A stretch of DNA of 17,770 bases, taken from the NCBI GenBank assembly GCA_037380845.1, contig JARRRI010000067.1, forward strand, positions 1 to 17,770, in the 5' to 3' direction. The notes under the pieces are model-generated. The model was given only the letters and a program-made list of their open reading frames with translations, was not told the DNA's origin and searched no databases. This DNA comes from Candidatus Sulfobium sp. (GTDB taxonomy: Bacteria > Nitrospirota > Thermodesulfovibrionia > Thermodesulfovibrionales > UBA6898). The translations under genes were made by a program, and so were the position numbers. Of the stretch, positions 8,700-16,499 are shown piece by piece. Every line of letters begins with the position of its first letter. The first letter of the stretch is position 1.

Positions 8700-9158
8700 A
8701 TGGGTGTAAAGACGAGCAGTTTGATCACAGGTTTTTTGGCATGCCTGCTTCTGTTATTCTACGCGTCGCTCCTCCATGCCGGTGATGATACGAGATTCAC
8801 TCTAAAAGATGGGGTTATTGATGACTCGCTCCTCGGACTTCAATGGGTGCCGGACCCTGATTGGCCGATGACTCATTATGAGGCACAGAATTATGTCCGC
8901 AGTTTAAGCCTGGCTGGAGGCGGATGGCGTCTGCCGACACGGGCGGAACTGAGGAGCTTATACGATGCATCCAAGCCGGGGCTCATTGATCCGAAGTTTA
9001 ATGCTGGCGGAATGCTTATATGGACGTCAGAGCTGGACGATGCAGATCCGTCGTTCGCGTGGTACTTCAATTTCTACAGTGGCGGTGAGTACAAATACAC
9101 CCGCAGGCCCAATTGCAACTTCTACTTTCACTGCCTGGCCGTACGCTCGCGACGGTGA
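8700..9158 (+). CDS. DUF1566 (Lcl C-terminal domain) exported protein
   Basis: AAGGAG SD; signal peptide ending LLHA; motifs GLQW, GGWRLPTRAELRSL, WTS, AWYFNFYSG, AVR. Confidence 0.88.
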   Translation: MGVKTSSLITGFLACLLLLFYASLLHAGDDTRFTLKDGVIDDSLLGLQWVPDPDWPMTHYEAQNYVRSLSLAGGGWRLPTRAELRSLYDASKPGLIDPKFNAGGMLIWTSELDDADPSFAWYFNFYSGGEYKYTRRPNCNFYFHCLAVRSRR

Positions 9159-9179
9159 TGTGGTTTTTGTGAGACAGCC

Positions 9180-9231
9180 GCGAGGCCGCGTTGCGAGGCC
9201 GCGCGGACGTTGATGAATTAGTTAACTTGTC
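9180..9231 (+). repeat. Dispersed repeat copy preceded by an 11-bp direct duplication
   Basis: GCGAGGCCGCG twice (9180-9190, 9193-9203), then GGACGTTGATGAATTAGTTAACTTGTC (9205-9231). Confidence 0.75.
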
Positions 9232-9459
9232 TATTAGCCTCCTCTCGATCCAGCGGCAGGAATTTTCATTTATACTCCTGAGCCTTCTCAGCCTTATTCT
9301 ACGTGAGGGATACTGTGAGAAGTCATTCGGCGGCGGTCATCTGCAGACCGTGACTTCCCGGTTAAGCAACCCGGCCGGGCATTTCAGCCATCAGGTGAAA
9401 GCCTGTCCCACTGCACAATTCATTTATACCTTCATATTCCCGTCAGTAAGGCCAGGCCC

Positions 9460-9627
9460 TCAACATACCATTGCCCGGGGCTGCATGTATTTCAATATGC
9501 CCTGCGGGTCGCATTCAATGCAGACATCTATGCCCTGTACGATCTGTCTGTCTTCGCATGAGGCATAGGCCCGCCTGAGCGCAGGGTCTTTGATACACAG
9601 ACCGCTTTTGTTAAACAAGTCGAACAT
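9460..9627 (-). CDS. Small Cys-rich hypothetical protein (55 aa)
   Basis: AAGGAGG SD 6 nt before ATG 9627. MFDLFNKSGLCIKDPALRRAYASCEDRQIVQGIDVCIECDPQGILKYMQPRAMVC has 5 Cys including CxxC. Confidence 0.6.
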   Translation of the reverse strand: MFDLFNKSGLCIKDPALRRAYASCEDRQIVQGIDVCIECDPQGILKYMQPRAMVC

Positions 9628-9775
9628 GGCACCCTCCTTCTCTTTTTCCATGCGCCGCCGGAAATTAAAGACTCCGATAACGTCTTCGAGGGTTTAAGTA
9701 ACTCCTTAATGAACCTTATCGTTAACGATACTACCTCCTTTCCCCGAGAGATTCTTCACTCTTTAATTACATTGT

Positions 9776-9791
9776 AGCAATTGTCGTGCCC
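9776..9791 (-). promoter_or_regulatory. sigma54 (-24/-12) promoter
   Basis: Minus strand GGGCACGACAATTGCT fits TGGCAC-N5-TTGCW except at the first base, with exact GG-N10-GC spacing. Confidence 0.65.
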
Positions 9792-9957
9792 TATTGAACC
9801 CTCTTTCCGAAATTCCCGAGCGGCACCGTCGTTGACACAACTATCCGGGTTTATGGAATAAACAGAGTTGAACCTGAAATCTTTGTCCGGTCTTCAGACT
9901 GACCACGGATGTAAATATGACAAAAAATGCAGGTCCTGTGTCGCGGGCAGGCCACGC

Positions 9958-10464
9958 CTAGATGTCCAGCTGTATCGTCTTCTTCGGTTCCCTCAGCCTG
10001 GACTCAATCGCGGCTCTCAGTTCTCCCAGGGAGAGGTCCCGGTTCTTCCTTTTCAGCAGTTTCTGGATCGTAACCAGGGTGTCATGCTCCACGTCGATCG
10101 ACAATGGCTCGGCCGGGTCTCCCACGATCTTCACATCGCACGTGATCGTCTGCCTCCTCCCGTTCACCGCAACGACCAAGTCCCGCCGCTCGTAAGCGAC
10201 CTGCTGAAAGAGATGAAGGGTATCGATCCGGTGGTACCCGGATACCTTCAACTCCCGGGCGAGAAACAGGGCGATGGCCTCTTCGTGCCCGTCGTCGGTG
10301 TCGATGATGAAGACGCTCCCCGGCCGGTTCTTCTTCGTTATGCTCGATATCAGCTGCACATTGCGCGCGCCCAGCTCCATTATCCGCCCCACTGCAAAGC
10401 CGGTCACCTCGGCGGAAACGTGGTCGACCTGGGCAAATAGCAGACGCGCCTTCTTCTTTTTCAT
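9958..10464 (-). CDS. Stand-alone LarC C-terminal-like (DUF111, nickel-insertion family) protein
   Basis: AQVDHVSAEVTGFAVGRIMELGARNVQLISSITKKNRPG resembles the LarC C-domain pattern (ExNxDDxxxExxGxxxxxLxxxGAxDV...MKKNRPG). 168 aa, no His-rich segment. TGATG overlap with the upstream stop. Confidence 0.75.
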   Translation of the reverse strand: MKKKKARLLFAQVDHVSAEVTGFAVGRIMELGARNVQLISSITKKNRPGSVFIIDTDDGHEEAIALFLARELKVSGYHRIDTLHLFQQVAYERRDLVVAVNGRRQTITCDVKIVGDPAEPLSIDVEHDTLVTIQKLLKRKNRDLSLGELRAAIESRLREPKKTIQLDI

Positions 10465-12233
10465 CAGAACTTCAGTCCCTTCATGATATCGGCAGCCAGG
10501 CGCGTGGCGTGCTTGAGACTCGGGGCAGGAAGCGCCAGCAGTACGTCCGCGGCGGTCATCGCCTCCTTCGCCGCCTCGTCGGGGTCCATCCCCATGGCCG
10601 CTGCCATGCAGGCGCAGACCGTGACATCAAGGCAGGAGGCCCCTGAACAGAGCATCTCGATGACGGCCGGCGAGACTGCCGAGATGGCGTCTATGGTGGC
10701 CTGGTCGGCCTTCATCAGTGCCTCGGGTGCCGCCTTAGCCAGGACGTTGTCCAGACGATGGACCGTGCCGTCGATCTTCACCTCGACATCCACGTACGCG
10801 TCAAAGGCGAAGTGACGCTGGGCGAACACATGGGACCTCCGCCCCGACCCCGGTCGAACTTCCCTGAACCGGATGTACTCGATGTCGCGGCCGAGCCTCT
10901 TGCCCATCGCCTTTGCAACCGACTTCTCGAGTGACGCTATCATCCTGTCCTGTGCTTCGCGGATGACCTCGTGCAGTGTCTTACCCTGCTTCATATCGTT
11001 GTAATCGTGCAGTGCCCGGACGGCAACAGCGTTTGTAAACCCCGGCTCGGTGGCCGCAAGGATCATGTCGGTAATGGGTCCCCGTTCGACCGTATCAGCC
11101 TTTCGCGCCAGCACGTTCGTGGCCGTGATGGCCTGGTCCCGCTGGAAATGCATATCCATGGTCTTGTTGATCACGGAAATTATCTCCTCCCGTGATGACC
11201 CCTTGCCCATGAGATAGAGCGCCAGGGTGGGTGTCGTGACCCAGTGGTGGAGCGGGATCACGAGCGGTCCGCCCGACCGTCCCGCCCCGATCGCCGAACC
11301 TTCCTGGATAATCGAGCAGAGCTCGGCGAACATGATCATGCCGACGACGGTGGGTGTGCCGGAATCCTTGAGGATAATAGCCAGATCACCCACTACCCGC
11401 GCAGTGTTCAGCTCCTCGCCCGTGCCGCGGATATGTATAACAGCCGGAAGTCCGGCCTCCTCGACCGCCGCTTTCGCAACGGTCTCCGGCGTCCTGGTCA
11501 CCATAAAGCTGCCGTACTCCTCCCCCACGTAGGCATCGGGATGGATGATCTCAAGCGCCGCCGTGGTCCCGAACAGGGCCGAGAACCAGCGGTTAGGCTT
11601 CATGCCTGCGGAGCCGTACGCCTTGACCATGGCCTTCGTGCCGATGCGGCTGAGCTTCTGGCCGAGCTTGGGGAAGAGATGGTCCTCGCCGATGGCGGAG
11701 TGCCCGATGATCGGGCCTCCTGCGCCAAGCGGCAGAAACTGCGAATCGTACGGGGCGAGGTGCTCGCTCTCCAGGGCCTGGTAAATGGCCAGCGTCGCCG
11801 CGAACCCCGATATCTTGTTGTTCTGCTTCTCGGTGGGAATGGAGGAGACCCGGCCCGAGGGAATGCCGGCCGCCATGCGCGTCACGGCGCCGAGCTTGCG
11901 GTTCGGGCAGGGCATGCCGCACTGCACATTCACGCCGGCCCAGTACAGGAGGACTGCGGCGCAGAGCGCGGCGTTCGCAGGATCGGCCCCGCACTTCATC
12001 AGTTTCCCGACCGCTTTCTTCGCGATGTCGTCTACGTCCGTGTGGATCACGTCGGAAGGCTCCAGCTTCATCTTCCTGCCCCTGTGCATCTCCCGGGCGA
12101 TGACGTTCGAAGCGGCCCAGACGCCAATATTGAAGGCGCCCCATCCGCCGAGGCCGGCTTCGAGTTTGTCTACGGTCAGGTAATCGGGCCGCGCGGTCGC
12201 GGCCCTGAAAACAGCGATGATCTCCCGTTCCAT
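10464..12233 (-). CDS. Uncharacterised ~589-aa soluble protein
   Basis: Long Ala/Gly-rich ORF; AAGGAG SD before ATG 12233 (the track start at 12341 overlaps the upstream gene). Conserved-looking blocks GADPANAAL, NRKLGAVTRMAAG, NNKISGFAA, GHSAIGED, EIIHPDA. No family I can name. Confidence 0.88.
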   Translation of the reverse strand: MEREIIAVFRAATARPDYLTVDKLEAGLGGWGAFNIGVWAASNVIAREMHRGRKMKLEPSDVIHTDVDDIAKKAVGKLMKCGADPANAALCAAVLLYWAGVNVQCGMPCPNRKLGAVTRMAAGIPSGRVSSIPTEKQNNKISGFAATLAIYQALESEHLAPYDSQFLPLGAGGPIIGHSAIGEDHLFPKLGQKLSRIGTKAMVKAYGSAGMKPNRWFSALFGTTAALEIIHPDAYVGEEYGSFMVTRTPETVAKAAVEEAGLPAVIHIRGTGEELNTARVVGDLAIILKDSGTPTVVGMIMFAELCSIIQEGSAIGAGRSGGPLVIPLHHWVTTPTLALYLMGKGSSREEIISVINKTMDMHFQRDQAITATNVLARKADTVERGPITDMILAATEPGFTNAVAVRALHDYNDMKQGKTLHEVIREAQDRMIASLEKSVAKAMGKRLGRDIEYIRFREVRPGSGRRSHVFAQRHFAFDAYVDVEVKIDGTVHRLDNVLAKAAPEALMKADQATIDAISAVSPAVIEMLCSGASCLDVTVCACMAAAMGMDPDEAAKEAMTAADVLLALPAPSLKHATRLAADIMKGLKF

Positions 12234-12267
12234 GATCTTTCTCCTTCTATGGGTTTCCGGTCCCGGC

Positions 12268-13299
12268 TCAGGCGGCCCATTCCCGCGCCACCCGTATGAA
12301 GGCCCGGATATTCTCATGGGGCACACCAGGGGGGATGTCACAGCCCGGCATCAGGATGAACCCTCCATCAGTGCCGACATTCCCGATCACCTTCCGGCAG
12401 GCGTTCTCGACATCCTGCACCGTGCCCTGCAGCAGGACCTTCACCGGGTCCACATTTCCGGCAAAGCACATGGTGCCGTGCAGGATCTCCTTTGCCCTGG
12501 CCATGTCAGTCTTGTGATCGAGGCTGACGCAGTGCGCCCCGGTCCGTGGATAGAGATCGAGGCGGTCCGTGGTGTTGCCGCAAATATGCAGTATGGTCCG
12601 CGCTCCCCTGTCTGCCGCCCAGTTGATGAAGGCCTGCAGGGGCGGCAGCACGTACTGTTCGAACTGCTTCCTCGACATCAGGTCTCCGGAGGCCGTAGGC
12701 TCGCCCAAAAGGACCAGGTCGAGAGGGCCGGGCGGCAGGAGCGGTTCGTACAGGAGTTTCAGCATGTCGACCGCGAACTCTGTCGCCGCCTTCACCAGGC
12801 CCGGGGTTTTGTAGAGCGCCTTCATCATCGCTTCTTCGCCGATCAGCCGCGCCCCCAGGGTAAACGGCCCCCATGCCGTGAGCGTCACCGCATATTCCCG
12901 GCCGAGCGCCTTGTCGACAAGGCCGTAGGCGTCGCGGATGACGGACAGCACGGGATCGCTGCTGATGCGCGAAAGGTCGAGCCCCGCCAGGTCGGACTCC
13001 GCATGCACCAGGGGAGCTTCAAGGTCAGGCGTACCCACCTCGCGGTACTTGATTGTGCCGCCTAGCGCCGCAACAGGAAAATTGGGATATCCGGAGCCTA
13101 CGTAGACGATGTCGCTCTGAAGCTTGCCGGCCATCTCCGTGATCATCCGGGCCATGAGCGAGGGATTAGTGGACATCTGTTGAAAGGAAACGCCGTACTC
13201 GCGCACGCTCCACGTGCCGGCGCCGATCAGCGCCGCCGGGATCCGGTCCGGCGTTTCCCGGTTCAGGGCCCTGCCTATCACTTCGCGGGATGTTTCCAC
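12268..13299 (-). CDS. Uroporphyrinogen decarboxylase-fold methyltransferase (MtaA/CmuA, MT2-type)
   Basis: AGGAGGT SD before GTG 13299. GPFTLGARLIG, EPTASGDLMS, Zn-ligand motif ILHICG, FAGNVDP, GFILMPGCDIP. Lacks the HemE RQAGR motif. Confidence 0.9.
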   Translation of the reverse strand: METSREVIGRALNRETPDRIPAALIGAGTWSVREYGVSFQQMSTNPSLMARMITEMAGKLQSDIVYVGSGYPNFPVAALGGTIKYREVGTPDLEAPLVHAESDLAGLDLSRISSDPVLSVIRDAYGLVDKALGREYAVTLTAWGPFTLGARLIGEEAMMKALYKTPGLVKAATEFAVDMLKLLYEPLLPPGPLDLVLLGEPTASGDLMSRKQFEQYVLPPLQAFINWAADRGARTILHICGNTTDRLDLYPRTGAHCVSLDHKTDMARAKEILHGTMCFAGNVDPVKVLLQGTVQDVENACRKVIGNVGTDGGFILMPGCDIPPGVPHENIRAFIRVAREWAA

Positions 13300-13341
13300 T
13301 GGTGCGCACCTCCTGAAGGTCGCGGACCGACCTGTTTCAAT

Positions 13342-13350
13342 ATTGTACCA
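13342..13350 (-). promoter_or_regulatory. Extended -10 element for the methyltransferase operon
   Basis: Minus strand TGGTACAAT (TGn-TAcAAT) ~43 nt upstream of the GTG start; no convincing -35. Confidence 0.4.
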
Positions 13351-13480
13351 CGGGGAGCGAGGGAGTCCTTGCAGAATTATTTCCGGCATTCACACCTGCT
13401 GACCGGCGGGCGCGGCCGTATCAGGTGAAAGGACAACGAATCACCTGAATGACTTGCGGGAATATTCCCGGCGGCGGGCA

Positions 13481-14125
13481 TCACCTTATTAGCTGCCCTA
13501 TGCTTCCCCAGCGCACCCTGTCTTCATTGCCGTCCCAGGACCAGTATTTGATGAATGCCTCCCCCAGTATGTTGCCCCTGGGGACGAAACCCCAGAAACG
13601 GCTGTCGTATGAATTATCGCGGTTGTCACCCATCACGAAATAGGATCCGGCGGGAACGGTCACCGGCCCGAAATTGTCCCTGGGCGCCTGTTCTTCCGAA
13701 AGATCACCCTTGTCTTTATATATCTCCCGGCCGGTCGCATAAGGAATTCCGTTTATAAAAACCTTTTTGTCTTTGATCTCGACCGTGTCGCGGGGCGTGC
13801 CGATCACACGCTTAATAAAATCCTTGTCAAGGTCCATGGGATACCTGAAAACTATAATGTCGCCGCGCCGGGGATCGCGGACCTCCATAATCCTCTTGCC
13901 GGTGAAGGGCACCTTTGTGCCGTATATGAATTTATTGACCAGGAGATGGTCGCCGATAGCGAGAGTGTTTTCCATCGAGCCTGACGGGATCTTGAACGCC
14001 TGCACGACAAATGTCCTTACAAAAAGAGCGACTACAAGCGCTATGACGATTGATTCTGCGTATTGCCGGAATGCGGATTTCTTTGGGGTCTGCCCGGGGG
14101 CCTGAGGTTTTCGTACGTTATTCAT
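13481..14125 (-). CDS. lepB: Signal peptidase I
   Basis: One N-terminal TM segment; IPSGSMENTL (catalytic Ser), DFIKRVIG (catalytic Lys), GDNRDNSYDSRFWG. Confidence 0.96.
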   Translation of the reverse strand: MNNVRKPQAPGQTPKKSAFRQYAESIVIALVVALFVRTFVVQAFKIPSGSMENTLAIGDHLLVNKFIYGTKVPFTGKRIMEVRDPRRGDIIVFRYPMDLDKDFIKRVIGTPRDTVEIKDKKVFINGIPYATGREIYKDKGDLSEEQAPRDNFGPVTVPAGSYFVMGDNRDNSYDSRFWGFVPRGNILGEAFIKYWSWDGNEDRVRWGSIGQLIR

Positions 14126-14501
14126 AATCTTTCCTTTCCTGCCGGAGTGTATTTATTGATAGATACGCGGGAAATAAGGAAAAGGTTCCGGGCTAAAGAC
14201 AGGCCACGGGCACGATGAATATTCCGACGAACAGGCTGCCGCATGACATCGTGTAGCGGAAAAGCCTCGATGCAAAGAGTCTCTGCGTAAACGGCACGCA
14301 GGCCCTCTGCCCGCGGCATTTTCCACCTCTGTAGGCTAAAGTCCACGGATCGATCGTAAGTGCATTCTCGTCTTGCAAAGACCAATAGGCTCTGAAAACC
14401 GGTGTCGATTTTCACTTGTATCATACATTCTGAAAAGTCTTTGTCCAAGCGTTTGTTAGCGTGAGTTATCTCCACGCTGAACAATCTGACCAAAGCCCGC
14501 G

Positions 14502-14575
14502 TTGACACTGCAGAGGAGTTCGTATAATCGCAAGAATATCACTCCGTTTGACAATCCGGCTCTTTGCGCTAAGCT
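14502..14575 (+). promoter_or_regulatory. Tandem sigma70-like promoters divergent from lepB
   Basis: TTGACA (14502-14507)-N15-TATAAT (14523-14528) and TTGACA (14548-14553)-N16-TAAGCT (14570-14575). Confidence 0.5.
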
Positions 14576-14610
14576 ATAAACGACACAGCAGACGTTGCAG
14601 ACACAGACTT

Positions 14611-14634
14611 GGGACGTTGACGGATTAGTTGACT
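14611..14634 (+). repeat. Dispersed repeat copy
   Basis: GGGACGTTGACGGATTAGTTGACT, preceded by ACAGACTT as at the 8416 copy. Confidence 0.65.
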
Positions 14635-14770
14635 AATACAGGAAGAAAGGCTCAATAGCCAATGCCGCTGCGGGTTGTACGGACAGACCGGAAGGCGGCA
14701 CTTAAGGGGGTGTGAGATGAAGAAGGGGTCCATTGGACAGAAGACGAGACGGCTTCGCGAGGTGAAGGCT

Positions 14771-15226
14771 ATGAGATACGCAATCGTGATGGTCCTGTTT
14801 TTCGTGTCTTTTGCACTGTCTCCTTTGCCTGCAGCTCAGGCAGAAGATTTGAACGTCTGCATCAGCCTGTCCACGGGTATGCCAGGCGCTCCTTCTGTGA
14901 CCCTCGACCTGTTTGCAAGCTACAAGGCCCCGACAGTCTATGGGTTGAACGGGACAGCATTGTCGACCCAGGCCACTTTCCCTCCGACAGAACTCTCTTA
15001 TGTCCTGAGCGGTACCGCAGATATCACGACTACGTCGGCGGTCGACCTCTCGCTTACGGGCACGGCTGAAGACGGGTCCTGCGATGATTGCATCAAGGAA
15101 GTGGTCTTTCATGTCGTCTTTGACGGTGCAAATGATCGTTACACGCAGATCATCAGAAACGCGAAGGACGGCACCACCAGCATACTGACCGGAAGGGCGG
15201 AAGTGGCCCAGAGCTGCGGCAAGTAG
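14771..15226 (+). CDS. Exported hypothetical protein (4 Cys, beta-rich)
   Basis: GAGGTG SD before ATG 14771; signal peptide MRYAIVMVLFFVSFALSPLPAAQA with an AQA cleavage motif; Thr/Ser-rich mature part. Alternative ATG at 14717. Confidence 0.75.
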   Translation: MRYAIVMVLFFVSFALSPLPAAQAEDLNVCISLSTGMPGAPSVTLDLFASYKAPTVYGLNGTALSTQATFPPTELSYVLSGTADITTTSAVDLSLTGTAEDGSCDDCIKEVVFHVVFDGANDRYTQIIRNAKDGTTSILTGRAEVAQSCGK

Positions 15227-15389
15227 AGCCTAAAAAGGGACAGGCTACTTTATCGAATCACTCTTCTGCTTAAATGTGACTCACGATTATGCCGTTCAGT
15301 CTCATGGGTGCCCGAGCCCCGACAAACATCTTCAGGCCAGGTGTGTGATAAAATAGCGGCAAATACACCTTGAGAAATCCATTCCCTTC

Positions 15390-16355
15390 ATGCCAGAAGA
15401 AACCACGTTTTCATACAGGATCTCGGCCCGGTTTGCGGACAGGAGTCTTATAGATTTTCTCGCCGGACGGTTCAAATACCGGCCCCCGGCAGAATGGCTG
15501 CAGATGATCGGACTCGGGAAAGTGACGGTCAACGGGGAGACAATAACGGCCGAGCATCGCCTGAAAGAAGATGATATTGTTTCCTATTTCGAGGTCCTCA
15601 ACGAACCTCCTGTAAACAGAAACATACAAGTTCTCCATGAAGAAGAAACCTTTCTCGTAGCAAATAAACCCGGCAACCTGCCGTCTCATTCCGGCGGAAG
15701 ATACATCAGGAGCACTTTCATATTCCTTTTGCGCAGGCGAATGGCCGACAGGGGATTTCAGGGCACCGTTCACCTTGCGCATCGACTGGACCGGGAAACA
15801 AGCGGCGTCATCGTTGCCGCCAAGACGGCAGTCGCACACCGGTCGCTCCTGCGGCAGTTTGGAGCCGGGACGGTAAAGAAGGAGTATATCGCGGTAGCCC
15901 GCGGAATAATCAATCACGATTCGTTTAGAGTTAAGGGCTTCCTGGCGCCTGACAGGGACAGCTGCATCTCGATAAGAAAGAAGGTCGTTTTCGACGACGC
16001 CGCAGACTCCAAATACGCCCACACTGCTTTTGACGTCATGGAGCGCCTCGCATCGTCCACGGTGGTCAGGTGCAGGCCCGTCACCGGAAGGACAAACCAG
16101 ATCAGGGTCCATCTGGAACATGCCGGGCATCCGCTGGTGGGTGATAAGTTATATGGAAGGACCGATGATGAATTTCTTGCGTTTGCAAGAAATGTCAGGG
16201 CTGGAGATTACGGTCTTCCCTGGCTGGAAACTCCGAGGCACCTTCTTCATGCCTCACGGCTTGTCATTAATCATCCGTTATCCGGCGAGCTGCTTGCCTT
16301 CGATGCGCCCCTGCCGGAAGATATGAGATCATTCATCCTCAAAAATCGCTCCTGA
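15390..16355 (+). CDS. RluA-family pseudouridine synthase with N-terminal S4-like domain
   Basis: NKPGNLPSH, HRLDRETSG (catalytic Asp), KKEYIAV, TGRTNQIRVHL..GHPLVGDKLYG, HLLHASRL. Confidence 0.95.
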   Translation: MPEETTFSYRISARFADRSLIDFLAGRFKYRPPAEWLQMIGLGKVTVNGETITAEHRLKEDDIVSYFEVLNEPPVNRNIQVLHEEETFLVANKPGNLPSHSGGRYIRSTFIFLLRRRMADRGFQGTVHLAHRLDRETSGVIVAAKTAVAHRSLLRQFGAGTVKKEYIAVARGIINHDSFRVKGFLAPDRDSCISIRKKVVFDDAADSKYAHTAFDVMERLASSTVVRCRPVTGRTNQIRVHLEHAGHPLVGDKLYGRTDDEFLAFARNVRAGDYGLPWLETPRHLLHASRLVINHPLSGELLAFDAPLPEDMRSFILKNRS

Positions 16356-16499
16356 TTGCTGACAATTTCCGATCGCATCGGGAAAACGAAAAAGGGCAGG
16401 TTACCTTTTTGGGGAGTGACATGGGATAAGACCGGCCTGTCCGCATTTAAAGGAAAGGAATAGAGCTGGGAATGTCCCCTATTCAGACCGTCCAGAAAG

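Noticed and set aside
9868..10440. 190-aa plus-strand ORF, and the similar 69-aa ORF at 8225..8434
   Set aside because: Antisense to the larC-like gene; their similarity only reflects the DNA duplication.
11244..13065. Long plus-strand ORFs (351 aa, 282 aa)
   Set aside because: Antisense shadows of GC-rich genes with Arg/His/Gly-biased composition and no motifs.
12268..13299. Calling this gene hemE
   Set aside because: It lacks the RQAGR motif and has the HxC...C Zn ligands of MT2 methyltransferases; no heme genes are nearby.
14126..14500. Riboswitch or ncRNA in the lepB leader, and the 128-aa ORF 14122..14508
   Set aside because: No recognisable c-di-GMP, cobalamin or SAM aptamer motif by eye; the ORF lacks an SD and protein-like features. 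An Infernal/Rfam scan would be decisive.
8416..14634. CRISPR array from the ~26-bp repeat
   Set aside because: Copies are irregularly spaced, in both orientations and diverged; no cas genes.
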